DNA of 59,501 nucleotides. Origin: Promethearchaeota archaeon (GTDB lineage Archaea; Asgardarchaeota; Lokiarchaeia; Sigyniarchaeales; SOKP01). Below are positions 50,971 to 59,501 of this stretch, piece by piece. A program made the position numbers and the translations under genes. Under the pieces are notes generated by a model, which searched no databases, was not told the origin of the DNA, and saw only the letters and a list, made by a program, of their open reading frames with translations. The DNA is taken from positions 1 to 59,501 of the forward strand of contig JBHLME010000008.1 of assembly GCA_048938445.1 (NCBI GenBank). Direction: 5' to 3'. Position 1 is the first letter of the stretch. Each line of letters starts with the position of its first letter.

Positions 50971-52335
50971 CTACATTTTAATTATCAACTTTTCTATATT
51001 TGATACTAATTTTTGAGCTTTCTCAATGTCATCTGATTCCCCAGAGAGAAGGATTATATTACGAGATAATGCAGTTTTTATAGTAACACAAACACCATTA
51101 CTAATGATTTTAATTTCGTTTAAAATGTCGTGATATTTAAATCCATTATTCTCTGCCATGGTTCTCAAGCGATCATGGATATTATCAACCAATTCTTTTG
51201 AAACAGGAACCGATTTATTAATTTTTTTCCCTTTCGGAAAACCTCTCGTAAGAGAACTGATTAGATCTTCTTGAAGACTCATAATTTCAAGTATTTTTAG
51301 TAATATAAAATTTCCATCACTTATAGGAGCTAATTGAGGAAAATAAAACTTCAACGTATCAGCAGCAGCAAAACAAGCTCTATCTTCCCTAATTCTTCTT
51401 GAAATCTCTCCAGGATAATTCTCCACCTGTTTTATTGGATATCCACTTTCTTCAATATATTTTTTTGCAACAGGAGAAAGTGAAGGTGTGGTAATTATTG
51501 TGTTTGATTTAGATTTTATAATCCGGTCATCATATGCTACAAAAAGCATCAATAAATCTTCAAAACTAATTTCCAAACCATTTTCATCTATGACAAGTAT
51601 CCTTGACCCATCAATATCAAAACACACTCCAAGATGACTATTAGATGCTTTTACTATATCAGCAACATTTCTTATCGTGTTTATATTTGGAATGGGAAAA
51701 CCACTTCTTTGACGATAATGTGTATTTAATGCAATGATTTCTACTCCAATTTCATTGATTAATATCGGTGTAATCTTTCCGGTAGGAGAATATGAGCAAT
51801 CGACAACAATTTTTAAATTTGCACTCTTTATTTTCTTTTTATTAACAAATTGTTCTAAAGATTTAATATAAACATCAACGGTTTGAGGAATAGCATTAAT
51901 CTGTCCAATATCTTTTGGATCAACTCTCCGAACATCTTCTGGATTTGAGGTCATGATCTTTTCTATTTCCATTTTATCTATTTCTATACCTCCAGCATCA
52001 ACCAATCTTACGTATATTCCTTCAGATGAATGTCCTCCTGAAAAAAATACTCCTCCACTGGCACCAAATCTACGAATGGTAAATTGCAGCATTGGAAATG
52101 TACAATCAGATAGATTTAAAATGTTTACTCCCGTTGACATTACTCCTGCTGTAAAAGCTCTTTTTAACATGCGACTATCATTGTGATAATCTCTCCCCAT
52201 TACAATAGATTCTCCTTCTTCGAACATGCTGCCAAAAATGGACCCTAAAGAGCTTGATATCTCTGGTGTAAATACGATATTTGCTTTTGCTAAAATCCTA
52301 CCATTCTTAACTAATTGATCTAAATTTTGACTCAT
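50971..52335 (-). CDS. Phosphohexomutase-fold protein with degenerate active site
   Basis: ANIVFTPE, GRD..SRMLKRA, IVVDC. The usual SHNP reads GGHSS and DxDxDR reads DIDGSR. Confidence 0.8.
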   Translation of the reverse strand: MSQNLDQLVKNGRILAKANIVFTPEISSSLGSIFGSMFEEGESIVMGRDYHNDSRMLKRAFTAGVMSTGVNILNLSDCTFPMLQFTIRRFGASGGVFFSGGHSSEGIYVRLVDAGGIEIDKMEIEKIMTSNPEDVRRVDPKDIGQINAIPQTVDVYIKSLEQFVNKKKIKSANLKIVVDCSYSPTGKITPILINEIGVEIIALNTHYRQRSGFPIPNINTIRNVADIVKASNSHLGVCFDIDGSRILVIDENGLEISFEDLLMLFVAYDDRIIKSKSNTIITTPSLSPVAKKYIEESGYPIKQVENYPGEISRRIREDRACFAAADTLKFYFPQLAPISDGNFILLKILEIMSLQEDLISSLTRGFPKGKKINKSVPVSKELVDNIHDRLRTMAENNGFKYHDILNEIKIISNGVCVTIKTALSRNIILLSGESDDIEKAQKLVSNIEKLIIKM

Positions 52336-52507
52336 TTATGATGTTACCATTATATATAATAATTTCATTAGAATGGAAATCTTATATTATTGCACATGGG
52401 TATTATGCTTTATATTTGTTTTTATAATTTAATATCATTCTAAAAATATTTTAGGTATGAAATTTATTAGGAATTTATAATTCTAAAAAAGTGAATTTAT
52501 TACAATT

Positions 52508-54226
52508 ATGACAGATAAAATCATTGGTTCATTTTCATTTGTTTTACATTCTCACTTACCTTGGGTCATAAATCATGGGATTTGGCCCCATGGGACATCA
52601 TGGGTTAATGAGGCGGCAGCTGAAACTTATTTACCCTTATTAATGGAGCTTTATAAATTAAGGGATGAAGGATACCATCCAAAACTAACTATTGGTCTAA
52701 CACCTATATTATGTGAGATGTTGAGAAATCAATCATTCATGAATGGCTTTATTGGGTATTTAGACGAGAAAGTATCTGCTGCTCTACACGACTATGATGA
52801 TTTCACGGAAAACATGTATGAAGAAGGTAGGATCAGGTTGACCAAATGGTGGGAAGAATACTATGAAAGAATGAAAGATCTCTTTGTTCACAGGTTTAAT
52901 AGAGATATCATCGGTGCTTTTAAGATTTTGCAGGATGATGGTCTATTAGATATCATAACAAGTGGAGCAACACATGGATATAGTCCCTTACTCTCTAAAG
53001 ATAGCTCGATTGATGCTCAGTTTAAAACGGGTGTAGATAATTATAAAAAACACTTTGGAATGGCCCCAACAGGAGTTTGGCTTCCTGAATGTGCGTATCG
53101 ACCGGGTTATAAATGGAAAAATCCCATTACAAAAGAAGAATATGATCGACCGGGTGTGGAATATTTCCTTGCGAAGAACGGATTGAAGTATTTCTTCATT
53201 GATACTGCAATGTTGTTAGGTGGAAAATCACAAGGAGTATATGCTGCGAGATTTCCTTTATTGAAAGAATTATGGAAGCAATTTGAATCTCAATATGAAG
53301 AAATCCCTACTTCTTTTGAAAAATCCCAATATGAAGCATACTTAGTTTCTACGAGTCCATCGACTCCCAATCCCGTAGGTTTTTTCACGAGGGATGAAAA
53401 AACGGGAATTGTTGTCTGGAGTGGGGAACATGGGTATCCAGGATGTGCAGAATATTTAGACTTTCATAAGAAACATTATCCCGGTGGATTGAGGTACTGG
53501 AAAGTCACGGGAGCAAAAATAGATCTAGGGGAAAAGATGTTATATTGGCCTGATGATGTCCCTAGAAAATTGGATGAAAATGGCAGCCATTACGTTAATT
53601 TAATTAAAGACATTCTAAGAGGCCATCGTGATAAATTTGGTACTAATGGAATAATTATCGCACCATACGATTGCGAACTTTTTGGGCATTGGTGGTTTGA
53701 AGGAACTTGGTGGTTAGCACGAGTTCTACGTTGGCTCGAAGATGATCCAGAAGTTAATCTGACAAACACGCGATTATATCTTGAACAAAATCCTCCAAAT
53801 AAAGTTGTTTCGCCGATTGAAGGAAGTTGGGGGCAAGGTAGTGGGCATTGGGTGTGGCTTAATGATTGGACTGTCTGGACATGGGAAAGAGTCTATGAAT
53901 GCGAAGCCAAAAGCGAAGAATTAGTTGCTCGACTGAAAAACTCAAATGATGGCAATACTCAAAGAATTCTCAAGCAAATGGTAAGAGAATTATTGCTACT
54001 AGAAAGTTCTGATTGGCAATTCTTAATAACAACGTGGTCCGCAAGAGATTATGCTGAAAATAGAGTAGCTGTACATTATGAAAATTTCCATAGATTATAT
54101 AACATGGTATCGAAATATAGTCAAGGTGAATACATTGATGAGGGTGAATGGCACTTTTTAGGTTTACTAGAAAACAATGATGGAATTTTCATGGATATAG
54201 ATCTTGAACCATTCGCGAAAAAGTAA
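52508..54226 (+). CDS. GH57 1,4-alpha-glucan branching enzyme (DUF1957 type)
   Basis: VLHSHLPWV, ETYLPL, ATHGYSPL, WLPECAY, YDCELFGHWWFEG, LLLESSDWQF. Confidence 0.93.
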   Translation: MTDKIIGSFSFVLHSHLPWVINHGIWPHGTSWVNEAAAETYLPLLMELYKLRDEGYHPKLTIGLTPILCEMLRNQSFMNGFIGYLDEKVSAALHDYDDFTENMYEEGRIRLTKWWEEYYERMKDLFVHRFNRDIIGAFKILQDDGLLDIITSGATHGYSPLLSKDSSIDAQFKTGVDNYKKHFGMAPTGVWLPECAYRPGYKWKNPITKEEYDRPGVEYFLAKNGLKYFFIDTAMLLGGKSQGVYAARFPLLKELWKQFESQYEEIPTSFEKSQYEAYLVSTSPSTPNPVGFFTRDEKTGIVVWSGEHGYPGCAEYLDFHKKHYPGGLRYWKVTGAKIDLGEKMLYWPDDVPRKLDENGSHYVNLIKDILRGHRDKFGTNGIIIAPYDCELFGHWWFEGTWWLARVLRWLEDDPEVNLTNTRLYLEQNPPNKVVSPIEGSWGQGSGHWVWLNDWTVWTWERVYECEAKSEELVARLKNSNDGNTQRILKQMVRELLLLESSDWQFLITTWSARDYAENRVAVHYENFHRLYNMVSKYSQGEYIDEGEWHFLGLLENNDGIFMDIDLEPFAKK

Positions 54227-54239
54227 GGATCAATTTTTT

Positions 54240-55394
54240 TCAAATCATTTCGCCCAAATTAAGCGTTTCATCAATTATCTGTGCATTGTCACTAATTTTG
54301 CTAAAAGGTGGAATTATCGCCTTCCTAAGGAGGACATTAGCCCCGATTTCACAATTATTACATATTATTGACTCTTCCACGTTTGAACCGGGTCCTATTT
54401 TAACATCATCCCAAATTACACTCTTCTCTATGATAGTGTCTTCCCCAATGATTACATTGCTTCCAATAGAAGATAAACTCTTAATATTAATCTTGTTATT
54501 TAATCTGACATTTTCTCCAAAACATGTTGGTCGTTCAATTGTAATGTCTTGACCAGAGTCTATTATTCCCATGACAAAAATTTCATCATATTCCTTACCA
54601 TTCGGAGTAATTGGCCACGCATATTTACGTAACAAGTCCCAATTTGCCCACATATATGTTTGAGAGTTACCACAATCAAGCCAATAATAATTTTTTACAA
54701 ATCCATATAAATCATATTCATTTTCAAGTAAGTAAGGAAATGCTTCTCCACCAAAATCCATGATATTTGAATTTTCTTGGAGTATACCATTAATTGATTT
54801 ATTGAATGTGTAGATACCCGTATTAATGATGTTTGTATGTAAAAATAGATCCGCTCTTTGTGCCATACTACTCAGATATAACTCCATTGGTGCTGGTTTT
54901 TCTAGAAATAGATAAATTTTTCGATTATTATCAAGTAAAACAACTCCATATTGAGAAGTATGACTCTCTACGGTTTTCATTGAAATCGTGGCTATGCCGC
55001 CCTTCTCAGTATGAAACTCCATGAATTTTTTCATCGGGAGGTTCGTTACAATATCTGCCATTGAAATTACTACCTTTTCTGAATCTACATGATCGATTAA
55101 CAACCTGTATGCATCTGCAGTGCCTTTACTATCATGAATCTCCCACTCAAGTTCGACATCATCCAATATATCTGGAGTCCATGTTTTTTTTATATATGTT
55201 TCCATTTTTTCACCCATATATGCTAAGGCCAAAGTAATGTGCTTAATATCAGCATATATTAAATGAGCTATGGCATAATCTACCATTGGTTTATTAGTGA
55301 CTTTAACTAATGGTTTTGGAACTAAAGAAGTGAGGGGCATTAATCTTGTTCCTTTTCCTCCCGCTAAAATGATTGCAGACCATTCTCTTGCCAT
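54240..55394 (-). CDS. Sugar-1-phosphate nucleotidyltransferase with left-handed beta-helix tail
   Basis: LAGGKGTRLMPLT..PKPL, FLEKP, INTGIY, YWLDCG, hexapeptide repeats. Confidence 0.92.
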   Translation of the reverse strand: MAREWSAIILAGGKGTRLMPLTSLVPKPLVKVTNKPMVDYAIAHLIYADIKHITLALAYMGEKMETYIKKTWTPDILDDVELEWEIHDSKGTADAYRLLIDHVDSEKVVISMADIVTNLPMKKFMEFHTEKGGIATISMKTVESHTSQYGVVLLDNNRKIYLFLEKPAPMELYLSSMAQRADLFLHTNIINTGIYTFNKSINGILQENSNIMDFGGEAFPYLLENEYDLYGFVKNYYWLDCGNSQTYMWANWDLLRKYAWPITPNGKEYDEIFVMGIIDSGQDITIERPTCFGENVRLNNKINIKSLSSIGSNVIIGEDTIIEKSVIWDDVKIGPGSNVEESIICNNCEIGANVLLRKAIIPPFSKISDNAQIIDETLNLGEMI

Positions 55395-55507
55395 TTAATA
55401 AATGCCTCTAAAAAACGAACTCCATCTAATATCTAGTAAAATAATTTATGATACTTATCTCTTTTAAATTTTAGGGCTTTTTCATACTTTAACTTTTTGG
55501 TCTATTA

Positions 55508-55912
55508 TTATTTAACTTCATCTAGCCATTTTTCTGCTTTATAAATACTAGTAAAACATCTTTTTGGAAATAAAGTTTTTTTTGAATATCGTTTTAATGT
55601 TCGCCTGTCAATTATGCGTGGTGGAGATATTTCCGCAACACGTTTAATCCCACTATTTATCAACATTTTCTGGGTTTCAATATGAAGTATATCTAATTCT
55701 GGAGGTGGAGTAATGAAATTAGAAGCATCAATAAGAAGTGTAAAGTTATCATTATCTAATAATTCAATTGCTTTATGAATATCCTCTAAATATTGTGAAA
55801 CTTGGACTAGAGCGCTCCAAAGGCCATTTAAAGTAAGATAAATTCTATTTTTTTCTATATTAATTTCAATTTTATACAGGTCATTAATAGAAATTACTAT
55901 TTTAAATGACAC
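55508..55912 (-). CDS. STAS/SEC14-like (SpoIIAA-like) small protein
   Basis: KNRIYLTLNGLW, FTLLIDASNF, GIKRVAEI, FTSIYKAEKWLD. Confidence 0.65.
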   Translation of the reverse strand: MSFKIVISINDLYKIEINIEKNRIYLTLNGLWSALVQVSQYLEDIHKAIELLDNDNFTLLIDASNFITPPPELDILHIETQKMLINSGIKRVAEISPPRIIDRRTLKRYSKKTLFPKRCFTSIYKAEKWLDEVK

Positions 55913-56216
55913 CTCTTATATTATCTTTCTAATTTAATCTCTATTCAAGTTTAATTTGGTTCTATTGCCCTGAAATCTTACTTAATGTTAATATTTTTTA
56001 AATAAACCTTTTTTTTTTCTTTTTATCAAATATATAGGTCAATTGTCAATAAAATATTTACAAGATTATTTGTTAGTCTTCTGAACTTTTTATGGAACTT
56101 CTCTAAATATTATAACATATATTATATTTAAATTTATAGAAAAAATATTAATTGTCTTTATTCAAATGTTTGTTAAAAATCTCGCTAAATAAAATGAATT
56201 AACTAAATTCTTGTTA

Positions 56217-57473
56217 CTAATCATCTAATTGAGTAATATCTCTAATCTCAAGAGCTATATCTTCTGGTAATTTACGTGCAACTCGCATGTCATCGGCCAT
56301 CTCTGCTCCTCCAATAATTTCGTGAGGGATGATGTCACCAAACATATGAAAGTCAGCGTCATAACCGAATGGACACGAATTAAAAATTATATTCCTATTA
56401 GATTCTATTGATAAGTCATCAAGGGCTTTAAAAATTAGTTTAAGTGATTTAGCTAAATCAAAAATTTGATTTATTTTGAGATTCGAAAACCTTCTTAGAT
56501 GTTCATGAGGATAGAATCTAAGATGATAGTTACGTAAGGGACTACCTGCAGCATAGAATGTCCAAAATTCACTTTTTAATACTAAACGACCATCTTCGTG
56601 ATCAGTCGAACATAAACGACAAGTTTTCATCTCTTTAAATGCATTCAAATATCCTGCTAGTCTTGAACCGTGTCCATCTCCATTTAAATCAATATATACT
56701 TGACTATGAATCCTTGGTTGGGATCCACCTACTTTCTTCCCAATATTAAAAAAGGGCATTACTAAAATATCATAATAATCTCGATTTATCGCTTCTTCTA
56801 CAGAATAAAGAATTGCTGCTTTCATTGAAGAGAATATTCCAGCAATTACATCTTCTGGTATTAATCTTAAACAAGATGCGGGATAATAATGTCGGGAAAT
56901 AGTAATTAAATTAATTCCAATTGATATTTTTGAGTTAGGTGGTAATTGTTTTTTTACTGATGTCATAATTTCCTCATCAACTACCCGCGCCATAGAAGGA
57001 AATCTATTAATTAAAGTAACCGCTTTGCATGAATTTGATAATGGCTTAATTTTATGAGGTTCATCACTAAATGGGTTATCTCGCCTCTTTTCATCCTCGG
57101 TTATAATAATAGTATTTCCATCTCGAAATATTTCTCCATCATCACTAAACAAGGCTTTTCCTTCGGTAATGGAAACAAATACATCATTTAATTTTTCAGT
57201 AAGCATTTCGGAACAATCTAGTTGCTCAACACTGTCATCTATACTAATTGGTCGGGACGCTCTTATTGGTGATAGATAAGAAAAATGACCTGAAAATCTC
57301 TCCTTCTTTCGAAGTCCAAAGCTTTTTGTCGTTATCACTGCTGTGGATAGAGGATCCCATCGTTTGAGAGGTATTTCATTGATTGTTTTGAAGTTCTCCT
57401 TCTTAATTATACCCCATTCCATGAATTTTAATGGAGCATTTTTTTTTTCTTTTTCATTGGAATTATTTGTCAC
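56217..57473 (-). CDS. GalT-like (HIT superfamily) nucleotidyltransferase
   Basis: R-W-D-P-L, INRFPS, FFNIGKKVGGSQPRIHSQ, CRLC, GGAEMA..VARKLPED.A. Confidence 0.8.
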   Translation of the reverse strand: MTNNSNEKEKKNAPLKFMEWGIIKKENFKTINEIPLKRWDPLSTAVITTKSFGLRKKERFSGHFSYLSPIRASRPISIDDSVEQLDCSEMLTEKLNDVFVSITEGKALFSDDGEIFRDGNTIIITEDEKRRDNPFSDEPHKIKPLSNSCKAVTLINRFPSMARVVDEEIMTSVKKQLPPNSKISIGINLITISRHYYPASCLRLIPEDVIAGIFSSMKAAILYSVEEAINRDYYDILVMPFFNIGKKVGGSQPRIHSQVYIDLNGDGHGSRLAGYLNAFKEMKTCRLCSTDHEDGRLVLKSEFWTFYAAGSPLRNYHLRFYPHEHLRRFSNLKINQIFDLAKSLKLIFKALDDLSIESNRNIIFNSCPFGYDADFHMFGDIIPHEIIGGAEMADDMRVARKLPEDIALEIRDITQLDD

Positions 57474-57488
57474 AACAATCCATCTATA

Positions 57489-58376
57489 CTAATTTGATTT
57501 AGAATTTATTAACTGAACACCCACTTCAATAACTTCTTTAATTTTTGCTAGTTTACTAATTATTGCTTCTAAAACTAGTTTACTCGTATCGATATAGACC
57601 TCATAAATGCATTTATTTCCTTCCTGACAAATACCTGTAGTAAAAACTAATGATAAATCTTTACTATATTTTGAAAATAATTCAGATATTTCTTGTATGA
57701 TTGAAATTGTCATTTTGTCCTTAAAAATAACTTTAAGATTGAAAATTTCTTTCGCATCAACAGGAATTATATCTAATTTTATTACTTTTCCTCTAGTGCG
57801 ATATGCAAAAAAGAAATTTCTTTTAGCGATAGATTTTAATTGGTTTAAAATGTCATTAGATAGTTTAATTTGTTTTAGCTGTTTAAGTTCCTTAAATGTA
57901 AAAAGCTGACCTATAGTTTCAATTGGCTTAATTGATAGAATCTTATATGTATTATCAAACTCATCACTTAAAATTTCATGATATTTTTGAATTTCTTCTC
58001 TTACTTCTTCATTTACGTTAGTTTCTATGTATAGTGCTTTATAAATCTCTGGAATTTTATTTAATTTCTCTATAAAACGAATAAATATTTTTTCATAACT
58101 TGTATAATCTGGATCCTCTTCAGAACAAATAGCTGTTATCATTAAACTTTCTTTATGACCACGAGCCCATTTAGAATTCAAGCTAAATGTATAATTTGCC
58201 GTTATTACGTCTTGAGGAAAAGTATGAATGAAAAAACCTCTATCATCTCTATCAAGCAAGGTTTTTATCTCGTTTAAAATATTTAAATTCTCGTTTTCTT
58301 CATTCAATAAATCATTTGGAACTGTTAAAAATATCCTTGGACCTATTCGTCGATCAAAATAACTTAATATTAGCAT
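57489..58376 (-). CDS. uDENN/longin-like N-terminal domain fused to C-terminal ACT-like domain
   Basis: LILSYFDRRIGPRIFLTVP..ANYTF..WARG..LMITAI, and a C-terminal beta-alpha-beta-beta-alpha-beta pattern. Confidence 0.6.
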   Translation of the reverse strand: MLILSYFDRRIGPRIFLTVPNDLLNEENENLNILNEIKTLLDRDDRGFFIHTFPQDVITANYTFSLNSKWARGHKESLMITAICSEEDPDYTSYEKIFIRFIEKLNKIPEIYKALYIETNVNEEVREEIQKYHEILSDEFDNTYKILSIKPIETIGQLFTFKELKQLKQIKLSNDILNQLKSIAKRNFFFAYRTRGKVIKLDIIPVDAKEIFNLKVIFKDKMTISIIQEISELFSKYSKDLSLVFTTGICQEGNKCIYEVYIDTSKLVLEAIISKLAKIKEVIEVGVQLINSKSN

Positions 58377-58599
58377 TTGGACAAAAAATTAGAAAATTTG
58401 AATCATATAACTTATATTCATTAATTAAGATACTTATTTTTAAATAGTTATTGTCTAGAACATAAAAATATTCATTTGGACTTGATAAAATCATTCAATC
58501 CATCAATAAAAAAATAAAATAAAAAAGAAGTGAGATCTTTTTAAAAACTATTTGTTTTTTTTATAACTTATTTAGGTTATATAAAAAACTGTGTAATTT

Positions 58600-58890
58600 T
58601 TATGCCTCCCTTAAGATTTTGTAAGTTTTGAATTCTGTAACTGGCTCATCATTCTCATCCTTACTTGAAACGGGAATACGAACAAAATTCTTGTCATCAA
58701 AATTTTCGATCTCAGGGGCACTCACTTGCCATTTTTGCATGTTTCGAGCTAATTTTAATTCTTTTAAGAGAAAATCTCTTACAGCACATCGAATTAGTTC
58801 TGATCGTGAGGGATAAAGTCCATTTTCCCCAACTAGCTTTGATATTGCATTTATATAACTTTCTGGAACATTTACAGTGACTATTTTCAT
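58600..58890 (-). CDS. Ribbon-helix-helix (CopG/Arc/MetJ) transcriptional regulator
   Basis: MKIVTVNVPESYINAISKLV..GLYPSRSELIRCAVRDFL. Confidence 0.9.
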   Translation of the reverse strand: MKIVTVNVPESYINAISKLVGENGLYPSRSELIRCAVRDFLLKELKLARNMQKWQVSAPEIENFDDKNFVRIPVSSKDENDEPVTEFKTYKILREA

Positions 58891-58967
58891 ATTTTAGTCA
58901 TTCTCCTATCAGTCTTTTCTAAAATATTAATTTTAATCCATTTAATTATTAATTGTGATATTGTTCG

Positions 58968-58999
58968 TGAAATAAAACTTGATTGTTAATTTTATTTCA
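58968..58999. promoter_or_regulatory. Perfect 10-bp inverted repeat upstream of the RHH gene
   Basis: TGAAATAAAA-N12-TTTTATTTCA. Confidence 0.6.
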
Positions 59000-59501
59000 A
59001 TTTTACATAAAAAATTTCTTCCTTGGAATCGTTTCGTGAGTTTTTTTAACCCACTTTTGTACAATGATGCGAAAATGATCTATTTGTTCATAAAGCAACA
59101 AAAATTTTTGCTCAACCTTATCAATGTAATTTTTCGTGTAAAAATTTTATAAAGAATAATTATTTCATATAATATTTAAATATTCCTTTTTATCAGATTA
59201 ACATGTATTTTTATAATAATAATTAACTCGCTAATAAAAAATCTTTAAATATCGCCACATAATCTAAGCGCTCTTAAAATTACGTGAATATATAACTTTT
59301 CTCAAAATTGTCACCCTTTATATACAGCTTTTTATACTAAATGAATTTTCTCTGAATATTATATTAATAGTAACTAAAATATGTTCAACTTATTTATCTT
59401 CTTAAATGATAAAATTGAACAAGATCTTAGATAACTTAGTAAAAAATTATTTTTATTCAAAGATCTATTATACATATAAAGAAGTATCTAATTTTTAGCT
59501 T

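Noticed and set aside
60-58880. Many 60-135 aa ORFs antisense to or overlapping confident genes (e.g. 2454-2807, 25965-26372, 35924-36265, 57697-57909)
   Set aside because: Shadow ORFs of real genes with no motifs.
1-59501. tRNA, rRNA or other structured RNA genes
   Set aside because: All intergenic regions are extremely AT-rich; I saw no GC-rich stems or T-loop consensus. Small RNAs cannot be excluded without Infernal.
1-59501. CRISPR arrays, transposases, integrases, prophage
   Set aside because: No regularly spaced repeats or mobile-element proteins recognised.
1-59501. Selenoproteins (in-frame TGA), expected in Lokiarchaeia
   Set aside because: The Fe-S and redox ORFs are full length with Cys codons; no truncated redox gene was evident.

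Overview
A very AT-rich, gene-dense archaeal chromosome segment. Archaeal markers are RadA, tRNA-splicing endonuclease EndA, split PurL/Q/S and an A-type ATP synthase. Longin/uDENN-like domains, 7TM proteins and many zinc-ribbon proteins point to Asgard archaea, probably Lokiarchaeia (inference). In order it holds: a truncated CocE/NonD hydrolase, beta-oxidation genes, two paralogous C2H2 microproteins, purLQS/purC, and a putative glycerol/ether-lipid cluster (lipase-like hydrolase, GK5-like kinase, CCG Fe-S protein, alkyl-DHAP-synthase-like flavoprotein). Next come glmS, a GH13 amylase, a 2-hydroxyacyl-CoA dehydratase operon, two VIT1/CCC1 paralogs (one broken at an A15 run), DUF47, a complete ATP synthase operon in the order K-C-H-F-E-A-B-D-I, endA, MEMO1, an ABC exporter and radA. 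It ends with a glycogen/sugar-nucleotide cluster, a uDENN/longin-ACT fusion and an RHH regulator. I saw no tRNA, rRNA, CRISPR array or mobile element. Best leads are the GK5/ADPS lipid module, two longin-bearing putative sensors, repeated apparent ATT initiation, a shared TGAAATAAAA operator, and the degenerate-enzyme glycogen cluster. All family assignments come from motif recognition by eye, not database searches.
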